Assembly (NCBI GenBank): GCA_963749075.1
Contig: CAVVLJ010000004.1
Span: 160,001 to 224,000 of the forward strand
Direction: 5' to 3'
Source of the DNA: an uncultured Pseudomonadota bacterium
GTDB taxonomy: Bacteria; Pseudomonadota; Alphaproteobacteria; JACZXZ01
DNA: 64,000 nucleotides
Both the position numbers and the translations under genes were made by a program. The notes under the pieces are model-generated. The model did no database searches and had not been told where the DNA came from. It was given only the letters and a program-made list of their open reading frames with translations. Position 1 is the first letter of the stretch. Every line of letters begins with the position of its first letter. Positions 8,101 through 18,912 of this stretch are shown here, in pieces.

Positions 8101-11100
8101 GTGATCGGGTGGATATCCAGCCACTGGAGACGGGCAGCGTTCCGAATTCCGGCTGTCACCGTCCTGTTTTCAATTTTCACCGGGCTGACCGCTGGAGGAG
8201 TCGCCTACTACATTGCAAGAACGAGCTTAATCGATCTGGCCAAGTCGCGGGTCGCCCTGGTGCGCACCGAGCGCGCCCGGGAAATCACCCAGTTCATCGA
8301 GTCAATCCGCAATCACTTGGCGTCGGTCGCGGCTGCCCCTCGGGTAAAGCAGGACTTGCAAAATCTTGCACGCTTTATGGCCGGCATGAATCAAGTTGAC
8401 CGTAAGGCCTGATCGACAGTTACACAAAGGATAGTTCGTTTTCCAAAGCGTCCCGCTCGGCGCTTTATGATTCTGGCGATGGATCCAAATATACGGCGCT
8501 GCATAGGGAAATTCATGAGAAGTATCTGAATTACGTGCATCTTTTGAAGCTCCACGATCTCATGTTGGTCGATTCCGAGGGCAATGTCGTCTATTCCGTC
8601 GCGAAGAGCGCGGATTTCGGATCGAATTTGCTTTCCGGGGCAAATCGCGAAAGCCTCGCCTCCAAGACATTTCAAAAAGCTCTCGCTGCCACGTCGCAGG
8701 ACCAGACCGTCGTTTCCGATATGGAACTCTCCGATAAGCGTCCGACAATGTTCATGGGCCAGGCCGTTCAAGATGCGTCGGGAAAGAGACTGGGCGCGGT
8801 CCTGTACGAAATAAACCCTTCCACGTTTACTGAGATTTTATCTGACACGATGAACCTTGGCGAAAGCGGTGAAGTCTACCTGGTTGGCCCCGACCTGACG
8901 CGGCGAAGCGGATCGCGATTTTTCAAAGCGCAGATGCTTGTCGATCGAGTCGACACGGAACCCGCTCGCAGGGCCGCCGCCGGAGTATCCGGGACCATCA
9001 TTACGACCGACTACAGGGGCATCCCGGTTATTTCATCGTTCGCTCCTTTCGACCTAATGGGGATCAGGTGGAGCATCATTTCCGAAGTCGATCTTGCGGA
9101 GGCTTTGGCGCCGCTGGCTAAGATGGCGGCGGCAACGGCCGTTTCGGTGTTGATCGTCATTCTCCTTATCTCGGCGGGAGGCTATTTCAGTGCCCGCCGC
9201 ATTAGCCGAGTACTTAGCGGATTCATGGAGAACATGCGTGACCTGGCGCAAGGAAACACCGAGGTCGAGATAGCTCACGATGCGAAGACGGAGGAAGGAA
9301 GACAGATTTCCGCCACGCTGCACCAGTACCGCGAGAGTCTGTTGGCGAGGCAGAGCCTTATCGCGGATTTAAATGATAGACACGCTCAATTCGCTGAAAC
9401 GCTCGAGCGAGCGCCCATCGGCGTCCTTGTCCTCACCGTGAAAAACAAAGTGTTGTTCATCAATGGACCGGGCGCGCGGATCCTCGAACGAGACGCGAGT
9501 CGGATGGTCGGTGAAAATTTTTTCATTGAGCAACTGGCGGTCGATGCGCAGGAGGCGCAAGACCTCATCGTTCAAGTGCGTCGTCTCGGGTTCGTGAGAG
9601 ACCGGCAAATCACTGTACGCGTCAACGGGCTGAAAGAATTATCGGTGTCTTGCTTCCTGGCCTCGTTCCAGGACACGCCGGCCTATATTGTTTGGTTTGA
9701 CGACATTACCAACTCGCTGGCGACAAAAAGCGAACTCGAGCGTCTGAGCACACAGTTCGTCGCGCTCATGGAAGCGAGCCCTGCCATGATAACGATCCGG
9801 GGGCGCGACCTTCGACTCCTCGCCGCCAGTCAGAGTGTAGCAAATGACTGTAACGTCCCGTCGTGGCGTGATCTGGTGGGCAAAAGCGTCGAGGAGCTTT
9901 GGCCGGACCTGGAAGTGTCCGAAGCGGAGCGCGCTTCATGGGCGGACATCGTCGCCGGCCGTGCCGCGGAACATACTGGCGAAATGGAGTTGAGGCCGGG
10001 AACCTGGTATTCGGCAAGACGGATCCCAATCAAGAATAAAAGGGGAGAAATTGAAGGTGTATTGAGCATCGGAACCGACATAACGCTGTACAAGCAGCAG
10101 CAGCGGGCGACTGATTTGGCGCTCGCAGAAGCGACCGAGGCCAAAGCACGATTGGCGAAGGAACATGGCCTCGTCTCTTCGATCCTTGACGCGGTTCCGA
10201 TCCCCATTTTCTACAAAGACGCCGAGACACGGTATCTCGGCGCCAATCGCGCTTTCGAAGAAATGCGGGGCGTGCGACGTGCCGACATGATCGGGAAGCG
10301 CCTATCAGAAATCGGAATCACACCCGAGTTCCGTCTGGAGTCCTTACAGCGTCAGGCCGAGGATGCAACGCGTGGTGTTGTGATTCGCGACGAGCGGCAA
10401 ATGCGTCTTGCAGACGGGCAGGATCACATCGTGCTCTTTCACTTGCAGGCATTCAAGGGAGCGGACGGCCAGCCGGCAGGCACGGTCGGGGCATTTGTGG
10501 AGGTGACGGAACTCAAGAATACTCAGCACGAGCTCGAAAAGGCGACCCGTGCGAAGAGCGAATTCCTGGCGTCGATGAGTTACGAAATCCGTACCCCGAT
10601 GAATGCGATCATAGGAATGGCGCATCTGGCGCTGCGAACCGAGCTCACCCCGCGCCAGAAGGATTACCTAACGAAGATACGCGCGTCGGGCGAGCACCTC
10701 CTCGGCATAATCAACGACATCCTTGATTTCTCGAAAATCGAAGCGGGCAAGCTGACCATCGAGACCGTCGATTTCGACTTCGAGGGTGTGCTGGATACCG
10801 TGAGCACCCTCATTTCGGAAAAGGCCGCGGCCAAGGGACTGGAGTTCATTTTTGACATTGCGCCGTCGATTGCGCCGTCGCTGAAAGGCGACTCCTTGCG
10901 GCTCGGGCAGGTGCTTATCAACCTTTGCAACAACGCCGTCAAATTCACCGATAGCGGGGAGATCATATTGCGGGCGCGGGTCGCCGAAAACGCACCTGAT
11001 ATGCAAAAGCTGCGTTTTGAGGTCACCGACACCGGCATCGGCCTCACGCAGGAGCAGGCCGGCCGCCTTTTCCAGGCTTTCGAGCAGGCAGACGGCTCGA

Positions 11101-12755
11101 CGACACGGCAATATGGCGGAACCGGCCTCGGCCTCGCCATCTCCAAGCGCCTTGTCGAGCTGATGGGCGGTGAGATCGGAGTTACAAGCGAGCCGGGCAA
11201 GGGCAGCACCTTTTGGTTTACCGCTGTCTTCGGGAAGGCCGAGGGTGAGCCGAAGCGCCTGCCCTTGCCGGATATGCGCGGGCGGCGCACGCTCGTGATC
11301 GACGACAACGAGCTTTCGCGTGAGGTGCTCGCCGATTTGCTCGTCTCGCTGACCTTCGATGTAGACCAAGCCAGCGGGGGTATCCAGGGCATCGAAATGG
11401 CGCAGGCGGCCATTCGTGCCGCCAATCCCTATGAGATCGCGCTGGTGGATTGGAAGATGCCGGGAATGGACGGCATCGAGACCGGTAGGCGCCTTCGCGC
11501 ACTCGCGCCCGCCAGCGGCCTGCCGCGTTTGGTGATGGTGACGGCCTACGGCCGCGAGGAGGCGTTCAAGCAGGCGAAAGAGGATTTCGCGGCGGTCCTG
11601 GTGAAGCCGATCAGCCCTTCGACCTTGTTTGCGACCGCCCTCCAGTTGGTCGGGCTCGGTGAGTCCGATCGTGGGTCCGCAAAGCTGCTCGCGCCCTCGC
11701 CAACGCCCGCCGATCTCGGTCTGGGTGGCCTACGCATTCTGCTCGCCGAAGATAACGAGCTGAACCGGGAGGTTGCGGTCGGTTTACTCGACGGCACTGG
11801 CGTTTCCATAGACATCGCAGAGAACGGCGCCGTAACAGTCGAAAAAGTGGAGCAGCAGCCGTATGACATCATCTTGATGGACATGCAGATGCCGGTAATG
11901 GACGGGCTCGAAGCGACTCGATCCATCAAGGCGGACGAGCGGTTCCGCGAGTTGCCGATCATTGCAATGACTGCAAACGCAATGGCTGCCGACCGCGAAC
12001 GCTGCCTCGCCGCAGGCATGAGCGACCACATTGCGAAACCGATCGATCCCGACGAGCTATTCCGGGTTATCGCGCGCTGGGCCAAGCGCGACGGCACGGG
12101 CAGCGTCATTGCGAAACCAGCGCCCGTCGCAACCGGACGGCAAAGCGGTGGTTCCCCTGACCTGCCGGTCATCGAGGGTATAGATACGCATACCGGTCTG
12201 GCGCAAACCGGCGGCAAGCCGGAACAATACGCCAACGTCCTCCTGCGCTTTGCCGAGCGGCACGCGGACAACGCGGCGGAGATCACGGCTGCGCTCAACG
12301 CCGGCGACAACTCGTTGGCACAGCGGCTGGCGCATACACTGAAGGGCCTAGCCGCCACAATTGGCGCTAGCCAGGTATCGGAAGCTGCGCGGCGAGTCGA
12401 GCTGGGCTTAAAAAACGGCGAACGGGTCGCTGGCGCGATCGACAATCTGGCGAGTTGTCTCCCGCAGGTCATCGCTGGGATCCATGCAGCCTTTGCCGCA
12501 ACGGTTACCCCTTCCGCCGGCTCCATCGCAAGCGCGAGCGATTGCGCGGAGCAATTGCGGGTCCTCAGGAAACTGCTCGAGCATGATGACGGAGATGCGG
12601 CCAACTTCATGGCCCGGATCGCTCCCGGCCTTAGCGGCATACTGACCGGGGACGAAATAGCCTCCCTGTCGCGCACCGTCGGCGAATTCGATTTTTCAGC
12701 GGCGCTCATCACGCTCGATCGCGTGTGCCGTCGCCTGTCACTGGAGTCCGCATGA
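8101..12755 (+). CDS. Multi-sensor hybrid histidine kinase (TM-Cache-TM-HAMP-PAS x3-HisKA-HATPase-REC-REC-HPt); frameshift near 8409; H-box His replaced by Tyr
   Basis: 8101-8412 and 8535-12755 join with one added base at GCC^TGATC; LGESGEVYLVG (Cache), KSEFLASMSYEIRTPMN, NAVKFT, DTGIG, GGTGLGL, DWKMP, DMQMP, AHTLKG. Confidence 0.85.
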
Positions 12756-12756
12756 T

Positions 12757-13851
12757 ATGAGCGCAATCGATCGCAAATGCGTGCTTATCGTCGATGATTC
12801 GCCGGAAAACATTTCGATTGCGACGACCGTCCTTCGCGACGCGTATCGCATCAAGGTCGCAACAAACGGGCCTCGCGCGCTCGAGTTGGCAGAGGGCGAG
12901 GATAAGCCGGACCTGATCCTGCTTGATATAGTCATGCCCGACATGGATGGTTATGAGGTGTGCCGCCGCCTAAAGGCAAATCCGGCCGTGGGGAGCATCC
13001 CCGTCATTTTCCTGAGCGCTCAAAGCTCGGTCGAGGAGGAAACGCGCGGCTTCGAAGTGGGTGCCGTCGATTATATCCATAAACCGTTCAGCCCGCCCAT
13101 TATGCGCGCCCGCGTGCGAGCCCACCTGTTGGTGAAGGAAGCGCGGGATTTTCTGCACGAGCAGAACGAAATACTCGAACGAAAGGTGCAACAGCGCACC
13201 CTTGAACTCTCGACCATACAGGACGCGACGATCGCCGCGATGGCCTCGCTGGCCGAGACGCGCGACAACGAAACCGGAAACCACATCCGCCGCACGCAGC
13301 ATTACGTCAAGGCATTGGCGCTCAGGCTCAAAGATCACCCGCGTTTTCGCGACGCGCTCACGCCGGAGACAATCGAGCTGCTGTTCAAGTCCGCTCCGCT
13401 TCACGATATCGGCAAAGTGGGCGTTCCCGATTCTATCCTGCTGAAACCGGGGCGACTGACCGCTGACGAATTCGAAGTGATGAAGCAACACACGACCATC
13501 GGCCGGGACGCTATAGAGGCGGCCGAGGCTGGACTGAATATTGAGGTTTCGTTCCTGCGTTTCGCGAAGGAGATCGCCTATTCGCATCAGGAAAAGTGGA
13601 ATGGCTCGGGTTATCCGCAAGGAATCGGCGGTGACGATATTCCGATTTCGGCCCGGCTGATGGCAGTAGCCGACGTCTACGACGCGCTGATCAGCCGCCG
13701 CGTGTATAAGGAGCCCATGACTCACGAGGCCGCCGTCGAGTTCATTACTACGGGCTCCGGCAGCCATTTTGACCCCGACATGGTCGAGGCCTTTCTCAAT
13801 ATGGCCGACGAGTTTTACGCGATATCGCAACGCTACGCCGACCAACACTGA
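12757..13851 (+). CDS. Response regulator with HD-GYP phosphodiesterase domain (RpfG-like)
   Basis: REC (VDD, DIVMPDMDG, KP), ETGNHIRR, LHDIGK, HQEKWNGSGYP, ADVYDAL.SRR.YK. Confidence 0.92.
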   Translation: MSAIDRKCVLIVDDSPENISIATTVLRDAYRIKVATNGPRALELAEGEDKPDLILLDIVMPDMDGYEVCRRLKANPAVGSIPVIFLSAQSSVEEETRGFEVGAVDYIHKPFSPPIMRARVRAHLLVKEARDFLHEQNEILERKVQQRTLELSTIQDATIAAMASLAETRDNETGNHIRRTQHYVKALALRLKDHPRFRDALTPETIELLFKSAPLHDIGKVGVPDSILLKPGRLTADEFEVMKQHTTIGRDAIEAAEAGLNIEVSFLRFAKEIAYSHQEKWNGSGYPQGIGGDDIPISARLMAVADVYDALISRRVYKEPMTHEAAVEFITTGSGSHFDPDMVEAFLNMADEFYAISQRYADQH

Positions 13852-13983
13852 CAGCCGGATCGCGCCCTGCTCCTGGTCTTCTGTGTCGTTCCACCGGGTA
13901 CCGAGCACACCACTCCGCCAGAGCATGCGACGGCCCTTACCCGCACCGTCATGGCCTTTGCCACCCTATTTTGATCCGCATAG

Positions 13984-14532
13984 TTGGCCGACTATACGGC
14001 GGCGTGTCTGTCTCGCTCGTCGATCGCGGACGGCTTCAACGGCTTCGTGGTTCACCTGGCCAACCATGACGTGATGCTCTGGGCGGTCTCTCGGTCGCCG
14101 CTCGCGAAGCTGCCGGCGTACAAGCGGCGAATGGGCTGGAGCTTTCCCTCGGCGTCCTCGCTCGCCAGCGACTTCAATTGCGACTTCAATATCTCCTTCA
14201 TCGAAGAGCACCAGCGCGGGGGAGTCATTGAATACAACCGTGAGTTCGGCGGCGACGCGATGGACGCGATGTCGGTCCCGGAGCCTGTCGCCCAGTTCGC
14301 GGCCATGTGTGCAACTGACGCGCACACATACTCGCGCGATAGGCCGGGCATAAGCGCGTTCGTGCTCGAGGACGGCGTCGTCCATCACACCTATCCCGCC
14401 TATGCGCGCGGAGTGGATGGCCTCTGGGGCATGTACCAGTGGCTCGACCGCGCCCCTAAGGGGCGCAACGAGAAAGGCGTCCGGTGGCGCCGCCGTGACG
14501 AGTACGCCAACCAAGGCACGGACGCGCGCTGA
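13984..14532 (+). pseudogene. DUF899 thioredoxin-like protein, 5'-truncated and decayed
   Basis: ADGFNG..HLANHDV..AVSR.PL.KL..YKRRMGW, HTY..YARG, LDRAPKGRNE; N-terminus absent and CxxC eroded to CLSR. Confidence 0.7.
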
Positions 14533-14667
14533 GGCGCGGCTGCAGGGCGATGAGTGTCCGATCCTCAGCGCGGTTGAGGTGGAGTGGTCGAGCAGCGCGG
14601 GAAAGCAACAAGGACTCGAACGAAACGAACTATGAGTTGGTGAGCGGAGTGGCGCAAATCAACCGAA

Positions 14668-14769
14668 TGACCGCTGCTGGCACATTTCCGACGATCCGAT
14701 CGCCGCGTTGGAAGTCTGCAGCTGGGTCGCAAGCGGAAATTCAAACTGCGACACTCGACCCGTGCCATG
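14668..14769 (+). repeat. Tripartite boundary element, copy 4 (third unit truncated)
   Basis: TGGCAC 14678, TCTGCAGCT 14715 (+37); after ...GTGCCATG at about +90 the sequence switches to GC-rich backbone. Confidence 0.5.
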
Positions 14770-14829
14770 CCGCTCGCTCTCGCGGGCTCGGGCGACTCTC
14801 GCGGCCGCGCTCATGTCCGCGCAGCATCG

Positions 14830-17800
14830 CTACAGCAGCTTGAGCTGCCTCTCCTCCGGTTTCCGCCGCGCCGGCTCGGCGCGCTGGTGCTTGACGAGCT
14901 CGCTCTCGATGTCGGCGAGGAAGGGCGAGGGAGCGAGGCTCTTCACGTGGCCGCGCCACAGCCGCTTTGCCGCACGGCTGAGGATGAGGCGGTCCTTGGC
15001 GCGCGTCATGCCGACGTAGAGGAGGCGGCGCTCCTCCGCCGCGGCGTCGTCGTCGAGCCCGTTCCAATGGAGCGGCAGGAGCCCGTCCTCGAGCCCGGCG
15101 ATGAAGACGACGGCGAATTCCAAGCCCTTTGCCGCGTGGAGTGTTAGGAGCGAGACGCGGTCGGCGCGCGGGTCCCAGAAGTCGCTCTCGGCGGCAAGCG
15201 CCACCGCGTCGGCGAAGCGCCGGCCGTCGCCGCCTGCGGCCTCGGCGAGGAGCGAGAGGCGTCTCAGCGCCGTCTCCAGAGCCGCGGCATGGGGCGCCTC
15301 CTTGCGGCGGCGGAGACGCTCGGCCGCCGCCGCGAGCCGCGTGGGGAGGAGGGCCGGGTCGCCGCCCCCGCCCTCGCCTTCTCCCTTGGCGGCGAGCTCG
15401 GCCAAGAGGCTCGCGACCCCGGGCTGGGCCGCGAGCGGATCGTGCGAGCTCCGCTTGAACGGCATGCCTGAGCGGGCGAAGGCCTCGACGAAGGCGGCCA
15501 ACTGGGCGTCGGTGCGGTAGAGCACGGCGAAATCCGCGAAGGAGAGGTTGGCGCTTCCGGCGCCGGCGGCGCGGCCGCTGTCGATCGAGAAGAAGCTGTG
15601 CCCGCCGATGAGCCGCTCGATCGTCGCCACGGCGAACTCGGCCTCGGCGGCCTCCGTGGCTGCCGTGTGGATGGCGATGCGCTCGTGCATCTCGCGCACC
15701 AAGGCTCCGAGCGGCCGGCTCTCCGGCGATGCCGCGAGGAGCTGGGCCGAGGCCGCGACGATGGTGCCGCTCGAGCGGTAGTTGCGCGCGAGCGCCACGG
15801 TGGCGGCGTGCGGATAGTCCGCCTTGAAGTGCTGGAAACACGTGGCATCGGCGCCGCGGAAGCCGTAGATCGCCTGGTCGGGATCGCCGATCGCGCATAG
15901 ATCGCCGTCGCCCGGTGCCAAGAGCGTCAGCAGGCGGTATTGCTCTCTATCCACGTCCTGGAACTCGTCGACCGAGACGGCGCGCCAGCGCGCGCGGTAG
16001 GCGCGGGCGAGCTCGGCATCGCTCTCGAGCGCCTTCACCGCGAGGCCCACGAGATCGTCGAAGTCGACCCAGTCGCGCAGCGCCAGGGCCTCCCGGTAGG
16101 CCGCAAGTGCGGCCGCGACATCGGCGCTCGGCGCTGCCGCACCGCGCTTCGCTTTCGAGATGGCGCCGATGAGGCGCCCGGCCTTATGGCCCGAGCAGGC
16201 GAGCGCCTCGGCGAGGGCGCCGCGGCACTCCGCCTCGCTCGCCAGGCGGAAGCCGCGGTGGAGGCCGGCAGCACTGCCGTGCTCGCGCAAGATCGCGAGG
16301 CCGAGCGAATGGAAGGTGTGGATGGCGATCTCGGGCGCGGCGTCGGGGACGAGCCGGGCCAGCCGCTCGCCGAGCTCGGCGGCGGCGCGGCGCGTGAACG
16401 TGATGGCGAGGCAGGCCGCCGCCGGCACGCCCCGCTCGGCGATGAGATGGGCGATGCGGTGGGTGAGCGTGCGCGTCTTGCCCGAGCCGGGGCCGGCGAC
16501 GATGAGGAGCGCTCCCCCGAGCGCTCCGGCCGCGGCGCGCTGGTCGGCGTCGAGGCCCGCAAGAATGTCCGCTCGCGGAGCGCTCTCCTCGAGAGAGCCG
16601 CGCTGCTCGGCGGCCGGCGCCTCAGCGCGCGGCTGGCTGCGCGGGTCCGCTTGCTTGGCCGCCTCCTTGCGCTTGGCACCGGGCGCCTCGAAGAGGAGGC
16701 CGCCCGCGGTGCGCCGCTTGAGCTCGGCCTTCCCGAAGAGGCGGATGACGCCGTACTCGCCGTCGTAGCCCGCCTCGCGGATCACGGCGCCCTTACGCAG
16801 GCGCTGGATCGCCTCGGCAAGGAGCGAGGAGTCGGCGCGCGCGATGTCCTCGAGCGGCACCGATTGCAGGATGGCGAGCTCCGGGCCGAGGGCGCCGATC
16901 AGCCGCTCGTAATGGCGCTCGACGGTGCGGCTCGCCGGTCCGACGGACGCGAGCTCCGAGAGCACCTCGGGGAGCGGCACCAGGTTGGCGACCTCGCCCG
17001 CCTTGGGCGGCGGCAGCGCCTCCGCCTCGCTGCGGTCGGCCAGCGCCTCTACCCGGTGGAGCACGCCGACCGTGACGGGCGCGCCGCACACCGGGCAGCG
17101 CCCGCCGGCCGCCAGCGTCTCGCCGGGCGAGAGGCGGGCGTTGCACTTGCGGTGGCCGTCGAGGTGGTACTTGCCCTCCTCGGGGAAGAACTCGACGGTG
17201 CCGACGTAGCCCGGCCCGCCCTCGAGTGCGGCGCGCATGGCGAAGTAGTCGAGCGGGCAGTCGAAGAGCGTCGTCTCGCGCCCGAGCTTGGCCGGCGAAT
17301 GGGCGTCGGAATTGGAGACCAGGCGGTAGCGGTCGAGGAAGGAGAGCCGCCAGTTCATCGGCGGGTCGGAGGAGAGGCCGGTCTCCACGGCGAAGATGTG
17401 GTCGGCGAGGTCGCCGTAGCACTCGACGATCGAATCGAAGCCCGATTGCGAGCCGAGCACGGCGAACCACGGCGTCCAGATATGCGCCGGCACGAGGTAG
17501 GCGCCGGGGCCGGCCTCGAGGACGATCTCGAGGAGATGGCGCGAATCGAGCCCCAGGATGGGACGGCCGTCCGACGCGATATTGCCGATGCGCGCGAGCC
17601 GTGCCGCGATGCGCTCGGCCACCTCGAAGTCGGGCGCATAGAGCAGATGGTGGATTTTGCGCGTGAGCGGGCCCTTCTTGTAGATGGTCGAGATCTCGAC
17701 CGAGAGCATGAAACGCACGGGCGTGCGGCAGGCGGGCGGCAGCAACTCGGCGAGGCCCCGCTCGCTCTCGTCCGCGAGGCGGAAGAGCCCGGGCTCGGCC

Positions 17801-17973
17801 GGCACGAGCTTCTCCCTGAGCTCGGCGCGCCAGACGGGGTGGGTGAAATCGCCGGTGGCGACGACCGCGATGCCCTTGCGCCGCGCCCAATAGGCGAGGT
17901 GCTCGAGATCGCAATCCCGGCTCGTGGCGCGCGAGTATTTGGAATGGACGTGGAGATCGGCGTGGAAGCGCAT
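14830..17973 (-). CDS. Endonuclease Q (PHP + Zn ribbon) fused to a UvrD/PcrA-like SF1 helicase
   Basis: HADLHVHSKYSRATS, PAHIWTPW, SNSDAHS, GKYHLDGHRKC..CPVCG, GYDGEYG; helicase motifs AGPGSGKT, VDEFQD, GDPDQAIYGFRG, NYRS, TLHAAKGLEF, EERRLLYVGMTRA. Confidence 0.9.
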   Translation of the reverse strand: MRFHADLHVHSKYSRATSRDCDLEHLAYWARRKGIAVVATGDFTHPVWRAELREKLVPAEPGLFRLADESERGLAELLPPACRTPVRFMLSVEISTIYKKGPLTRKIHHLLYAPDFEVAERIAARLARIGNIASDGRPILGLDSRHLLEIVLEAGPGAYLVPAHIWTPWFAVLGSQSGFDSIVECYGDLADHIFAVETGLSSDPPMNWRLSFLDRYRLVSNSDAHSPAKLGRETTLFDCPLDYFAMRAALEGGPGYVGTVEFFPEEGKYHLDGHRKCNARLSPGETLAAGGRCPVCGAPVTVGVLHRVEALADRSEAEALPPPKAGEVANLVPLPEVLSELASVGPASRTVERHYERLIGALGPELAILQSVPLEDIARADSSLLAEAIQRLRKGAVIREAGYDGEYGVIRLFGKAELKRRTAGGLLFEAPGAKRKEAAKQADPRSQPRAEAPAAEQRGSLEESAPRADILAGLDADQRAAAGALGGALLIVAGPGSGKTRTLTHRIAHLIAERGVPAAACLAITFTRRAAAELGERLARLVPDAAPEIAIHTFHSLGLAILREHGSAAGLHRGFRLASEAECRGALAEALACSGHKAGRLIGAISKAKRGAAAPSADVAAALAAYREALALRDWVDFDDLVGLAVKALESDAELARAYRARWRAVSVDEFQDVDREQYRLLTLLAPGDGDLCAIGDPDQAIYGFRGADATCFQHFKADYPHAATVALARNYRSSGTIVAASAQLLAASPESRPLGALVREMHERIAIHTAATEAAEAEFAVATIERLIGGHSFFSIDSGRAAGAGSANLSFADFAVLYRTDAQLAAFVEAFARSGMPFKRSSHDPLAAQPGVASLLAELAAKGEGEGGGGDPALLPTRLAAAAERLRRRKEAPHAAALETALRRLSLLAEAAGGDGRRFADAVALAAESDFWDPRADRVSLLTLHAAKGLEFAVVFIAGLEDGLLPLHWNGLDDDAAAEERRLLYVGMTRAKDRLILSRAAKRLWRGHVKSLAPSPFLADIESELVKHQRAEPARRKPEERQLKLL

Positions 17974-18489
17974 GGGATGCTCTGCCTGGGCCGCAGGCGC
18001 TGGAACGCCGGAGAGATGCCGCGGCCATTCTACGCCCGACGCCGCGGCAAATGAAGGCGGCGTTGCGGCGGATGGCGATTAGGCTTCGCTCAATTTTTCA
18101 CGATGCCGCCCTCTCGGGTCGCTCGCCGGCGGCTCGGCGAAGCCCCAAGGCGAACCGATCCGCCGCCGCCGCTGATCGCGGCGAAGATCGGGCAAGCTAC
18201 GGCGGCAGGAAGCGGATTCCCGCCGAAGCTTCGCTCGCCGTGGTCGGATGATCCTTTGACCTCATGCGTCTAAGAACCGTCGAAGACAGACATTCCGGAC
18301 GGAATGGTAGTCACGGTGGATGGGCGCCCGTTGCCCTATGATTAGAGATGGGACCGCCATCTATAGCATTCGGGATGTTATAGTTTCTGGCAATCATCTC
18401 ACGATAACAATTTGATAATATTAAGGCGATAGGATCATCGCCATGCAATTCACGCTTGACGGCCAGTGGTATACGCGGGAGGATAATGC

Positions 18490-18912
18490 ATGATTCTCTC
18501 GGGGGAGGCGAGTCTTCAGGTGCCTGAAGCTGCCGAGAATCGGCCCGTAGATTGGACGAGGGTTCTGCTTCGTCTGATCGACAAAACAGCGTCGGTTCTT
18601 ATAGCGGCTGCTTACGCTGGCGGTCTTGTCGGCGTGACTTACTACCTCTCGCTAGCCGTAGGGCACCTCGCCGGCCACAATACCGCCCTACTTGTATCCT
18701 ATCTTACCGACACTGGCTCTGGACTAACAGTCACGGTGAGCTTAACAACCGGTGTATTCGGTGGGATATATGGCCTGCGGCAGCGATGGCTCTACCGCCG
18801 GGCGGTAGCCTACTTTGCACCAAGGCTGGCAAGATACGAGCAGCAGATGGACCCGAATCGCTCGTCCAGCGGCTTAACGCCGCAGGGCAAAACGAATCCG
18901 GATGACATATAG
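18490..18912 (+). CDS. Hypothetical membrane protein (about 2 TM)
   Basis: Two hydrophobic segments and a polar tail DPNRSSSGLTPQGKTNPDD; GGAGG upstream; lower-GC codon usage; start uncertain. Confidence 0.6.
   Translation: MILSGEASLQVPEAAENRPVDWTRVLLRLIDKTASVLIAAAYAGGLVGVTYYLSLAVGHLAGHNTALLVSYLTDTGSGLTVTVSLTTGVFGGIYGLRQRWLYRRAVAYFAPRLARYEQQMDPNRSSSGLTPQGKTNPDDI

Noticed and set aside
3448-14695. TGGCAC hexamers as sigma-54 promoters
   Set aside because: None has TTGC at the required -12 spacing; their fixed link to downstream units fits a repeat element better.
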